Assembly: GCA_902775285.1 (NCBI GenBank)
Contig: CACYLI010000002.1
Span: forward strand, 168,916-232,915
Direction of reading: 5' to 3'
From: an uncultured Erysipelotrichaceae bacterium
Lineage (GTDB): Bacteria; Bacillota_I; Bacilli_A; RF39; UBA660
DNA length: 64,000 nt
Both the position numbers and the translations under genes were made by a program. The notes beneath the pieces are model-generated. The model did no database searches, was not told where the DNA came from, and saw nothing but the letters and a program-made list of their open reading frames with translations. Below are positions 1 through 9,064 of the stretch, one piece after another; position 1 is the stretch's first letter, and each line of letters begins with the position of its first letter.

Positions 1-315
1 ATATTTGCTCTCACTCTACATGATGGGCTTAAAAGTGGACTTAAAAAAAGTGAATATACATTATTTGAACATCCGATTTTAATGAGTAATTATATACTAG
101 AATCTAAAGATGAATTAGAGTTAAATGATAAAGAAATAAAATTTGTATGTGATTGCATTAAAACACATATGGGACCATGGACTACTAATTATAAAGGAGA
201 AGAAGTATTAGAAAAACCAACTAGTAAATATCAAAGATTTGTTCATATGTGTGATTATTTAGCAAGTAGAAAATTCTTAAATGTTAATTTTAAAGATAAT
301 GAAATTATTGAATAA
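1..315 (+). CDS. HD-domain phosphohydrolase, C-terminal part (5' end outside window)
   Basis: Frame 1 is open from base 1 (IFALTLHDGLKSG...) and runs into the listed 82..315 ORF. The LHD and HMCDYLASRK motifs resemble HD-superfamily metal ligands. A hairpin terminator follows. Confidence 0.55.
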   Translation: MFALTLHDGLKSGLKKSEYTLFEHPILMSNYILESKDELELNDKEIKFVCDCIKTHMGPWTTNYKGEEVLEKPTSKYQRFVHMCDYLASRKFLNVNFKDNEIIE

Positions 316-344
316 AAAATATACGATATCATCGTATATTTTTT
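314..344. terminator. Bidirectional intrinsic terminator between convergent genes
   Basis: Stem atatacgat (319-327) pairs with atcgtatat (331-339). It is flanked by an A-tract and a T-tract. Confidence 0.7.
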
Positions 345-507
345 AATTGTTATTTTCTTTTATAGTTTTTTCTAGTTTTTTAAACTCTTCATTTTTTTCA
401 AATAACTCTTTTGCTTTTTTACTTTCACAAAAAGATTTAATATATTCATAATATGAATGAGTATCATTTTTATTTTTATCTATAACTTTTTTTATTTTAT
501 CTATCAT
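343..507 (-). CDS. Small 54-aa Lys/Glu-rich protein, not in the ORF track, coupled to the 862-aa ORF
   Basis: My translation is MIDKIKKVIDKNKNDTHSYYEYIKSFCESKKAKELFEKNEEFKKLEKTIKENNN. The ATG lies 3 nt after the stop of the upstream ORF. An AAAGGAG Shine-Dalgarno sits 7 nt upstream, and the ORF ends at the terminator. Confidence 0.45.
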   Translation of the reverse strand: MIDKIKKVIDKNKNDTHSYYEYIKSFCESKKAKELFEKNEEFKKLEKTIKENNN

Positions 508-509
508 AT

Positions 510-3098
510 TTACTCCTTTTGAATCTCAACAATTACTAAATTGTTATTTTTAGCTATATTAATTAGTTCATCTGTAACATCTTTTACAACTAATATAAAA
601 CTAGGAGCTATTTCATTATTTATGCTATCTTTATTTAATTTTATGATTGTATCATTTTCACTTTCAGCAAATCTCACTGATCCTGTATTTATAAGTTCAT
701 TATATCCATAAACATTTTTTGTTATTTCAGTAACATTTTTACATTTAAAATTAATACCATCGTCTGTTAATGAATATAATACTCTAAAATCTTGTCCAAC
801 TATTGTATATACTAAAACACCATCTCTTTCATTTTTCATAACTATGTCTGGTCTTTCTTCATATAATTCTTTAATTTCATTTAGTGAAACAATAGTTTTA
901 TTTATAAGATCAACTTTATATCCTTTAATCTTATTAAATAATTTAGATATACTAATAATATTTCTTTTTACATTATTACTAATAATATTTTCTATAAATG
1001 AAAGTAATAAATCATAATCATTTAGTGAAAATAATAATTTAGTCATAGAAAACAAATCAATTTCTTCTTTAGTAAATACACTAACACCATTTGATTTAAA
1101 ATTTCTAAGTGAATCTACTTCATATATATCACAAATACTTTTTATAGTATCTACTTCTAACCAACCACTATTTCCTTTTTCATTATATCCTTTATTAAAT
1201 AAATAATTACATAATAAATTCTTATAAACTTCTTCTTCACTAACAGAAGCTAATTCACTAACTAGTTTCTTAAATACAGTTATATCATAATTATCTAACT
1301 CTTCTTTTTTAGTTATATTATATCTATTTGTATAAGTTGATAATAAAATTACTAAATTTTCTAATTCATCATTATTTAATTCAACATTATCTATATCTTT
1401 TAATATATCTTTATAATAATAAAAGTTTTCAATTATTTTATATAATGTCTCTTTATTTTCTCCATTTATATATGTAACAATTTCATAATAATTTTTAAAT
1501 AAATTATACATTTTATCTGATTTAATAATTAATAATAATCCAGAAATATTAACAAAATTATATTTAGAATAATCTAGTAATAAATCACTATTTATAAAAG
1601 ATAATTTATCATCGAATAATTCTAATGAACTAATATTAAATAATTCTTTATTATTAATGATATTTTTATTATAAGCATTACTTAATAAATCATTTAATAA
1701 TTTAACAGTTACTTGTTTAGATTCTTGTTTTTCATCATCTTTATGTAGAATTGAAGTGCCTATAAAAAGACTTACTTTTTCAAAACTATTTTTAGTAATT
1801 ATATTCTTGTTAAATAATACTTTTAATAATTCTAAAATACATCTATAATCTTTAGAATAATCATATTTTTCAAGATTATCTAAATACTCATTAAATATTT
1901 TGTTAATAACTTTATAATATTTATTATATAGTTCTTCTCCAAAATAATATTTGAAGACATTTAAACATCTATAATTACAATTTATTATTTCTTTTTCTTT
2001 TTCTTCTCTTAATGTATCATCATTATATACTGGACTTACATATGGAAGAATATAATTAGAATCAACCATTATTAAAGCAGATATTTGATCTAAATTTAAT
2101 CTTTGTATTAGTTTCAAAACTCTTTTAGTATATTGATAACTAATATCATTACTTTTATTATCATATCTATACAGTTTCCCTTTAGCATTTAGTAAACATT
2201 TACTAACTAATATATTAACGAGTTCTTTATTAGTTTTATTTTCAATATTTTCAAGTATTCCACAAATTACTTCTTGCGTTTTATCAGTTTGATTTTTTAG
2301 TAGTGATAAATTTACATATTTAACTAATTCAATATCATATTTTAAAAGATTAATAAGTGAAGTATCATTAATATAATTAATCATATATGGATATTTTTCA
2401 ATATATGATTTTTGTACTTCTATATTAGAACTATCAAATAATTCAATATTACTCTTTATTTTATCTACTTGTTTATCTATATATTTATCTTTAGCTTCTC
2501 CACTTAAAAATGGTATGTATTTTTCATCTTCAATATATTTATTTTGTATTTCATTACTTGCATATTTTATAAAAATAGGATTAACTTCAACTATATATTC
2601 CCATTGTCTATCATTAAATCTATCTTTAACACTATCAATTAACTTTTCAGTTTGTTTCAAATCACACTCTGATAATACACTAATTGTTTTTTTTAAATCT
2701 TCCATATGTAAAAGAGTTAAATATTCACTATTATGAAAATATAATTTTAAATAACTATCCAATTCTTCTTCATCTAGATTTAATGATAAAGCATTAGTAT
2801 AGAATTTATTATCCTTCATCCATAGTGTTACTAATTCTTTTTTTGCTTCTTCACTACCATATTTAAACATATTTAAATTACTATTTAGTCTAGACTTTTG
2901 AAATTCAATTGGAAGTATTCTAATTAAAGAAGTATGATTAAAAAATAGATAACTTAAAACAATTTCATTATTTTGAAATTCTTTATTATCTAAAAAAGCT
3001 TGCTCTATTTCTTTTTCATTTTTTGTTTTTAAACTTTCAATAAAGTTATTTGCTTTTTTCTGAATTTGTCTATTTTTTATATCTTTAAATAATGACAT
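510..3098 (-). CDS. Large (862 aa) cytoplasmic protein of unknown function, predicted helical
   Basis: Uninterrupted 2.6-kb ORF with its own TATAAT-like -10 and an AGAGG ribosome-binding site. No signal peptide, TM segment or motif I recognise. Confidence 0.8.
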   Translation of the reverse strand: MSLFKDIKNRQIQKKANNFIESLKTKNEKEIEQAFLDNKEFQNNEIVLSYLFFNHTSLIRILPIEFQKSRLNSNLNMFKYGSEEAKKELVTLWMKDNKFYTNALSLNLDEEELDSYLKLYFHNSEYLTLLHMEDLKKTISVLSECDLKQTEKLIDSVKDRFNDRQWEYIVEVNPIFIKYASNEIQNKYIEDEKYIPFLSGEAKDKYIDKQVDKIKSNIELFDSSNIEVQKSYIEKYPYMINYINDTSLINLLKYDIELVKYVNLSLLKNQTDKTQEVICGILENIENKTNKELVNILVSKCLLNAKGKLYRYDNKSNDISYQYTKRVLKLIQRLNLDQISALIMVDSNYILPYVSPVYNDDTLREEKEKEIINCNYRCLNVFKYYFGEELYNKYYKVINKIFNEYLDNLEKYDYSKDYRCILELLKVLFNKNIITKNSFEKVSLFIGTSILHKDDEKQESKQVTVKLLNDLLSNAYNKNIINNKELFNISSLELFDDKLSFINSDLLLDYSKYNFVNISGLLLIIKSDKMYNLFKNYYEIVTYINGENKETLYKIIENFYYYKDILKDIDNVELNNDELENLVILLSTYTNRYNITKKEELDNYDITVFKKLVSELASVSEEEVYKNLLCNYLFNKGYNEKGNSGWLEVDTIKSICDIYEVDSLRNFKSNGVSVFTKEEIDLFSMTKLLFSLNDYDLLLSFIENIISNNVKRNIISISKLFNKIKGYKVDLINKTIVSLNEIKELYEERPDIVMKNERDGVLVYTIVGQDFRVLYSLTDDGINFKCKNVTEITKNVYGYNELINTGSVRFAESENDTIIKLNKDSINNEIAPSFILVVKDVTDELINIAKNNNLVIVEIQKE

Positions 3099-3134
3099 AT
3101 CATAACCTCTTTATTCTTATAGTTATTATAACAT

Positions 3135-3162
3135 AAAAAAAGCATACATAGTATGCTTTTTT
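3135..3162 (-). terminator. Intrinsic terminator after the dockerin-repeat surface protein gene
   Basis: Stem agcatac (3141-3147) pairs with gtatgct (3151-3157), with flanking A/T runs. Confidence 0.7.
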
Positions 3163-3165
3163 ATT

Positions 3166-5100
3166 TTACCTTGTAACATTAATTGTAAAATCATCAATTC
3201 CCATTACAAATTCATATGTTTTACCTTTTTTAATTTGAGTACCATTTGAGTTCTTCCAAACTGTTTTATCTGAACCATTATCAACTGTTAAACTTACTTT
3301 TTGACCAATATAATATGATTCATTGATTTTATCAACTAAACTTGTTGATGAGCTCTTAAGAGAACTTGCAACTATAGTTTTTCCATCCATTCCATCTTTA
3401 TTAGGATAATCGTATTTAGTTGAACATGTTATTGCAGTACTTGGAGTAGCTTTAACTATTAATTTAGATTTTTTTCTTGTATAGTAATAATTAACTACTG
3501 TTGTTCCATCTTTATTAACTCTTACTTTTTGTGTAGTTGGAACATTATATGTTAATTTGAATGCATAATCACTAATAGTTTTTGGTTCAACTAAATTGTT
3601 TGGTATAGCCTTTACTTCTTCTTTCTTATATAAAGTATAATGATTTGTATCTTTTATATCTTCTGCTATTTTTTGAGTATAATGATTGACTACATATTTT
3701 GCTGTTTTCTTTGGTATATCTTCATTACATACAGTAAGTGTTACGTCACTATTACCCATTCTAATAAAGTAAACTTTTGATGTAGCAAATACTTTGTTAT
3801 TATCTATCCAAACAATATTATCTTCACTATCGCTTAAATCAAAATGTATTTCTTCTTCATAATATAAGTCTGTATCAATTACTTTCCATAAATTATCTTG
3901 ATTTGTATTTGGTGCAGTAGGACCATAAGTATCTTTACCAGCTTTGCCACCAAATGCACTTCCTAAAACCATTCCTGTAGTAGTTTCAGCACTTACATTT
4001 CTATCAGAATATAAAACAAATTTATATTTATTTCTTGTATAATAGTAATCTACTACTGTAGTACCATTTGATAATACTGTTACGCTTTGTTTTGATGGAC
4101 TTTTAAATCCAGGATAACTTTTTGTAGCAGGAGTTACTTTACTAAGTGCTGTTGCTGTTAATTTTTGAGTATCAACAAGAGTATAGTGTTCACTATCTTT
4201 CTTTCCTTCATTTGGATCTAGAGCTTTAGGCATTTTTTGAGTCCAATGTCTAACAACATAAGATGCAGTTACTGGCTTAGATGCTGCTTTTGTTATTTCC
4301 TCTGCATCAGCATAATCAACTTTTCCATCTTTATTTACATCTGCTGTTGCTTTTTGGTTTTCCTCTAATTTTACACTGCTATTATTACCAGTATTGTTAT
4401 TATTATTAGTTGTAGTTTTATTATTTACATAACTATTAACTATTTCACTATCTTTAGAATCAATCTTTCCATCTTTATTTACATCACCTGCTAAAGTATT
4501 CTTAGATAACATATTTATTATAACATTAGCATCATCTTTATCAACAACACCATCATTATTTAAATCTCCAATATCTTTACTAATATTAGTAGTAGTTAAA
4601 ATTAGAGATGCATCTTCTAAATCAAGTTTTCCATTCTTATTAATATCTCCTACTTGATAATTAGATTTTTCATCTAATTTTGATACATCATATTTTTTAT
4701 CTACATCTCCAATAATAATACCTGTTGTTGATGTATCATTTCCTGCAATTATTTTATAGTTATTATCATTTATTATCGCATGAACTATATTTCCATCTTT
4801 GTCCATTTTAATATAATAATAAACATCTGAAACACTTAAATCTTTATCATTACTATCATAATATTTTTCACTTACATCACCTGATAGCTTATCTGATAAA
4901 TATTTAGATTGTGAAGCAGAAAAAACTTGAGCAACTTTCTCTAAAAATACTTCTTTATTCTTTTTGTCATTTTCAGTAAGTTTAATTGGTAAAATTGAGT
5001 CAGGAGATTTTCCTTCAAATTTTTGTATACCTAGGATTCCTAAGATAACAATTATTCCCAATGCCATACCTACTAATAGTTCTTTGTAATTTTTCATCAT
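3166..5100 (-). CDS. Membrane-anchored surface protein with four dockerin/EF-hand-like Ca-binding repeats and two beta-rich adhesin-like repeats
   Basis: N-terminal TM (LLVGMALGIIVILGILGI). Four DxNxxGxxDxxD repeats: DINKNGKLDLEDA, DLNNDGVVDKDDA, DVNKDGKIDSKDS, DVNKDGKVDYADA. Two repeats run YVVxH(W/Y)TQK ... GTTVV(D/N)YYYTR. Confidence 0.75.
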   Translation of the reverse strand: MMKNYKELLVGMALGIIVILGILGIQKFEGKSPDSILPIKLTENDKKNKEVFLEKVAQVFSASQSKYLSDKLSGDVSEKYYDSNDKDLSVSDVYYYIKMDKDGNIVHAIINDNNYKIIAGNDTSTTGIIIGDVDKKYDVSKLDEKSNYQVGDINKNGKLDLEDASLILTTTNISKDIGDLNNDGVVDKDDANVIINMLSKNTLAGDVNKDGKIDSKDSEIVNSYVNNKTTTNNNNNTGNNSSVKLEENQKATADVNKDGKVDYADAEEITKAASKPVTASYVVRHWTQKMPKALDPNEGKKDSEHYTLVDTQKLTATALSKVTPATKSYPGFKSPSKQSVTVLSNGTTVVDYYYTRNKYKFVLYSDRNVSAETTTGMVLGSAFGGKAGKDTYGPTAPNTNQDNLWKVIDTDLYYEEEIHFDLSDSEDNIVWIDNNKVFATSKVYFIRMGNSDVTLTVCNEDIPKKTAKYVVNHYTQKIAEDIKDTNHYTLYKKEEVKAIPNNLVEPKTISDYAFKLTYNVPTTQKVRVNKDGTTVVNYYYTRKKSKLIVKATPSTAITCSTKYDYPNKDGMDGKTIVASSLKSSSTSLVDKINESYYIGQKVSLTVDNGSDKTVWKNSNGTQIKKGKTYEFVMGIDDFTINVTR

Positions 5101-5159
5101 ACACCTTCCTATTCTAAGAAAATTATATCACATAAAAAAGATAAAAAAGAATATACTTT

Positions 5160-7238
5160 TTATCTTTTTGTTAAATATTTGTGATTAGCTGCAATTGTTT
5201 TAACTCCTACAGGATGTTTAAATGCAATAGTGGCTAAACTTCCATTAACACTAATTACTACACCTTCACCAAAAATACTATGTATAACTCTATCCCCATC
5301 TTTAATACCAGCATCATTTTCCTTATACATATTAGAGATTTTCTTTTCAACTTTTACTTCTTTTGCAGTAGTATTTGTGATATTCATTAAGTCAGAGTCT
5401 ATTTCTTTAATAAATCTACTTTCTACACATCCACTAGTATTACCATATATAGTTCTTTGTCTTGCACTAAGTAAATATAATTTTGTTTTAGCTCGTGTTA
5501 TTCCTACATAACAAAGTCTTCTTTCTTCTTCTAATTCACTAGCACTTTCAAAACTTCTATTATGTGGGAAAATTCCTTCTTCCATACCAACTATAAATAC
5601 GACTTTAAACTCTAAGCCTTTAGCTGAATGTAATGTCATTAAGGTAACTTCATCTTCACTATTAGAATATTGTCCTGTATCACTAACAAGCATAATATTT
5701 TCTAAAAATGTTTCTAAATCATATATACCATTTTCTTCAAAGTTTAAAGCTAAACTTTTAAATTCTTCTAATACTTCAAGTCTTCTTTCACTTTCAACTG
5801 ATTTATCAGTTTCATATTCTAGTCTAAGTCCAGTCTTAACAAGCACATTTTCTATAATATCTACTAAACTTAATTCTTTACTATCTTCAATTAATTCTAA
5901 TACAACTTTCTTCCATTCTAATTCTTTGCCACTATCAATAGCATCAAACATAGAGGTATTATTCTCTCTTGCTTTTTGTCTTATTGAATCAATTGTTTTA
6001 GCTCCAATTCCTCTTTTAGGAGTATTTATTACTCTTTCTAAACTTACTGAATCATTTGGATTATAAATTATATTTAAATAAGCAACTAAATCTTTAACTT
6101 CTTTTCTATCTAAATATTTATATGATCCAATTACATTATATGGAATAGAATTACTTGTACAAGTTTGTTCTAAAATTCTTGATTGTGCATTTGTTCTATA
6201 AAGAATAGCAAAATCACTATATTTATATCCCATACTCTTTAGTTCTTTTATTTTATTTACTACAAAAGTAGCTTCTTTAACTTCATCATCCACTCTTATA
6301 TAGTCAATTTTTTCTCCATCACCAAATGAAGTCCAAAGATTAATTTTTTTTCCTTCAGTATTATTCTTAATTACACAATTAGCTGCTTTTAAAATATTAT
6401 TTGTACTTCTATAGTTTTCTTCAAGTAATACAACTTTAGCATTTTTATAATCTCTTTCAAAATTTAATATATTTTTATAATCAGCATTTCTCCATGAATA
6501 AATAGACTGATTAGAATCTCCTACAACAAATATATTATTGTATTTTTTGGCCATCATTTTACATAATTCATATTGAATACTATTAGTATCTTGATATTCA
6601 TCTATTAAAATATATTTAAATCTTTCTTGATATTTTTCTAAAATACTAGGATTTTTCTTAAATAATTCAACTGGTTTTAATAATAAATCATCAAAATCAA
6701 CTGAATTATTTTCTTTTAATAACTTTATATATTTTTCATATACCATAGCTATAACTTTATCTTCATCTTTTAAATATAAACGATTATATTCACTTGGACT
6801 TATATTATCATTTTTAGAACTACTTATTCTATTAATAATATGTTTTACATCATAATCTTTAGGATCTAAATCATTATCTTTTAGTATTCTTTTTATTAAT
6901 GATTTTGAATCATCTCCATCTAATATTGTTATATTTGATGAATAACCAATTTCTCTATAGTTTTCTCTTAAAATTCTAAGTCCAAATGAATGAAATGTTC
7001 CAATAAAAATAGAATCTGTAATATTACCTAGTTTTAATTCTACTCTATCTCTCATTTCTTTAGCTGCTTTATTAGTAAATGTAATAGCAAGTATATTATA
7101 TGGACTTACTCCATCATCTATTAATTTTATTATTCTTTCTGTTAATACCCTTGTTTTTCCACTACCAGCACCTGCTAGAACTAAACAAGGACCATCTTTA
7201 TGGTTAACTGCTTCTTTTTGTTTGTCATTTAATGTCAT
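5160..7238 (-). CDS. pcrA: ATP-dependent DNA helicase PcrA (UvrD family)
   Basis: Walker A AGAGSGKT, DEYQDT, and the helicase motifs TFHSFG, VGDSNQSIYSWR, LEENYRS, TLHSAKGLEF and YVGITRA. Confidence 0.95.
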   Translation of the reverse strand: MTLNDKQKEAVNHKDGPCLVLAGAGSGKTRVLTERIIKLIDDGVSPYNILAITFTNKAAKEMRDRVELKLGNITDSIFIGTFHSFGLRILRENYREIGYSSNITILDGDDSKSLIKRILKDNDLDPKDYDVKHIINRISSSKNDNISPSEYNRLYLKDEDKVIAMVYEKYIKLLKENNSVDFDDLLLKPVELFKKNPSILEKYQERFKYILIDEYQDTNSIQYELCKMMAKKYNNIFVVGDSNQSIYSWRNADYKNILNFERDYKNAKVVLLEENYRSTNNILKAANCVIKNNTEGKKINLWTSFGDGEKIDYIRVDDEVKEATFVVNKIKELKSMGYKYSDFAILYRTNAQSRILEQTCTSNSIPYNVIGSYKYLDRKEVKDLVAYLNIIYNPNDSVSLERVINTPKRGIGAKTIDSIRQKARENNTSMFDAIDSGKELEWKKVVLELIEDSKELSLVDIIENVLVKTGLRLEYETDKSVESERRLEVLEEFKSLALNFEENGIYDLETFLENIMLVSDTGQYSNSEDEVTLMTLHSAKGLEFKVVFIVGMEEGIFPHNRSFESASELEEERRLCYVGITRAKTKLYLLSARQRTIYGNTSGCVESRFIKEIDSDLMNITNTTAKEVKVEKKISNMYKENDAGIKDGDRVIHSIFGEGVVISVNGSLATIAFKHPVGVKTIAANHKYLTKR

Positions 7239-7290
7239 ATCTTTACCTCTTAAAACATTATAACAAATTAATACTTTTTTTTATAGCAAT

Positions 7291-7315
7291 AAAAAATAGA
7301 AAGTTAAACTTTCTA
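7291..7315 (-). terminator. Intrinsic terminator after the YgjV-like gene
   Basis: Stem tagaaagt (7297-7304) pairs with actttcta (7308-7315). A T-run follows on the minus strand. Confidence 0.6.
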
Positions 7316-7834
7316 TATTTTCTTTAACATTTTTCCTTTAAATGGATCAAAATTAAATAATAAAATTGATAAATTAGATATACATATAAGTCCATCTGTA
7401 AAAGCTCCAGAATATGATTTAACAGCTATATCATATATTACCCAAATTGTATATGATATCACAGCTCCAAAAACTACAACTTTCTTTTTCTTAGTTAAAG
7501 TAAAACCATCTATAGTACTAGAGAATATTGGTAATAATTCTATGAAACCAGTATAACTTAATACTCCATATATTATATATACAGGAACTGACGCTAAAAA
7601 GATGTAATCATCTATATCTGTTTTATAATAAAGACCATCTCTAGCCATTTCAAAAATGCATATAAATAGACCGCTATATGCGCCTAATAAATAATAATGT
7701 AAGCACCATAATACATTAGATATTATTTGAAATACTAATATTTTATTTGTATTCTTTCTGTAATAACTTAATAATATTAATGCCCATGCTATTATTCCAA
7801 TTAATTGTATAAACCAAAAATTCATATTTTCCAT
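7313..7834 (-). CDS. YgjV-family inner membrane protein
   Basis: 173 aa with about five TM segments. The pattern WIAWALILLSYYRK ... QIISNVLWCLHYYLLG resembles the YgjV family. Confidence 0.6.
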   Translation of the reverse strand: MENMNFWFIQLIGIIAWALILLSYYRKNTNKILVFQIISNVLWCLHYYLLGAYSGLFICIFEMARDGLYYKTDIDDYIFLASVPVYIIYGVLSYTGFIELLPIFSSTIDGFTLTKKKKVVVFGAVISYTIWVIYDIAVKSYSGAFTDGLICISNLSILLFNFDPFKGKMLKKI

Positions 7835-7852
7835 ATTATTATATTAACATAT

Positions 7853-7882
7853 AAAAAAAAGAATTAAAATTAATTCTTTTTT
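7853..7882 (-). terminator. Intrinsic terminator after aguA
   Basis: Stem gaattaa pairs with ttaattc, flanked by A8 and T6 runs. Confidence 0.6.
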
Positions 7883-7889
7883 ATTTTAC

Positions 7890-8996
7890 TTATTTTTTAC
7901 TAGCTGGTACTTGTTGAGTAATACAGTGAATATTTCCTCCTCCAAGTAATATTTCCCTAGCATAAATTGCTTCAATTGTTCTGTCTGGATATAACTCTTG
8001 TAAAGTTTCAATAGCTTTTTCATCCATTGGATCATTAAATACAGGTAATGCTATAAAACCATTTCCAGTTAAATAATTAACATATGAAGCAGCCATTCTA
8101 TCTCCTTCATTACGAGGTAGAGTTCCTTCTACATAATCAATACCACCACTTTCTTCAGCAGTAATATATTGTGGACTTGGACAATATAATTTATGAATTT
8201 CTAGTTTTCTACCCCTAGCATCTTTAACACTCTTTAAATAGTCATAATCTTCTCTACATATTTTATATTGTGGATCTTTTTCATCATCACTCCAAGCAAG
8301 AACTACTACACCTGGACGTACAAAATTACAAATATTATCTACATGTCCATTTGTATCTACATCATTGTAAAGTCCCTTTGGAATCCATAATACTTTTTCA
8401 ACATTTAAATAATTTTTTAATATTTTTTCTATTTGTTTCTTAGTTAATTGTGGATTTCTACCTGGACTTAATAATGTTTCTTCAGTTACCATACAAGTTC
8501 CTTCTCCATCAACATGGAATGAACCACCTTCACAGACAAAGTCTCTTATTTGATAATAATCAACACCTTCAAGTTCACTCATCTTTTGTCCGATACATTC
8601 ATCAAAATCCCATGGGAAATATATTCCATCGTAGAAACCACCATATGCATTAAATCCCCAATCAATACCACGCATTTGTCCTTTTTTATTTACAACAAAT
8701 GTTGCTCCTGTATCTCTTGCCCAAGAATCATTATTAGAAAGTTCTATTACTCTAACATTATCTGGTAACATATTTCTAGCATTAGCATATTGATCACGAT
8801 TAACAAGCATTGTCATTTTTTCATATTTAGCTATTGTGCTTGCTACTTTAACAAAAACTTCTTGAGCTGGTTTAGCACCATTTCTCCAGTTATCTGTTCT
8901 TTGTGGCCAAAGCATATATACGCCTTCTTGACGTTCAAATTCACCAGGCATTCTGAATCCATCTTGCTTTGGTGTTGAATCTTTAATTCTTCTCAT
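7890..8996 (-). CDS. aguA: Agmatine deiminase
   Basis: FRMPGEFERQEGVYMLWPQRTDNWR near the N-terminus and GGGNIHCITQQ (catalytic Cys) at the C-terminus are typical of agmatine deiminases. Confidence 0.9.
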   Translation of the reverse strand: MRRIKDSTPKQDGFRMPGEFERQEGVYMLWPQRTDNWRNGAKPAQEVFVKVASTIAKYEKMTMLVNRDQYANARNMLPDNVRVIELSNNDSWARDTGATFVVNKKGQMRGIDWGFNAYGGFYDGIYFPWDFDECIGQKMSELEGVDYYQIRDFVCEGGSFHVDGEGTCMVTEETLLSPGRNPQLTKKQIEKILKNYLNVEKVLWIPKGLYNDVDTNGHVDNICNFVRPGVVVLAWSDDEKDPQYKICREDYDYLKSVKDARGRKLEIHKLYCPSPQYITAEESGGIDYVEGTLPRNEGDRMAASYVNYLTGNGFIALPVFNDPMDEKAIETLQELYPDRTIEAIYAREILLGGGNIHCITQQVPASKK

Positions 8997-9030
8997 TTTA
9001 TCCCTTCTTTCTTCTTTATGTTAATTATAT

Positions 9031-9056
9031 AGGGATTTCAATAAATGAAATCCCCT
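9031..9056 (-). terminator. Hairpin between aguD and aguA (weak terminator or attenuator)
   Basis: agggatttca pairs with tgaaatccc(c)t. The trailing T-run on the minus strand is poor. Confidence 0.35.
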
Positions 9057-9064
9057 AATAATTT

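Noticed and set aside
5135-5169. A possible terminator hairpin aaaaagataaaaaag / ctttttatcttttt at the end of pcrA.
   Set aside because: The stem is almost purely A-U with a bulge and overlaps the pcrA stop codon. It is too weak to call.
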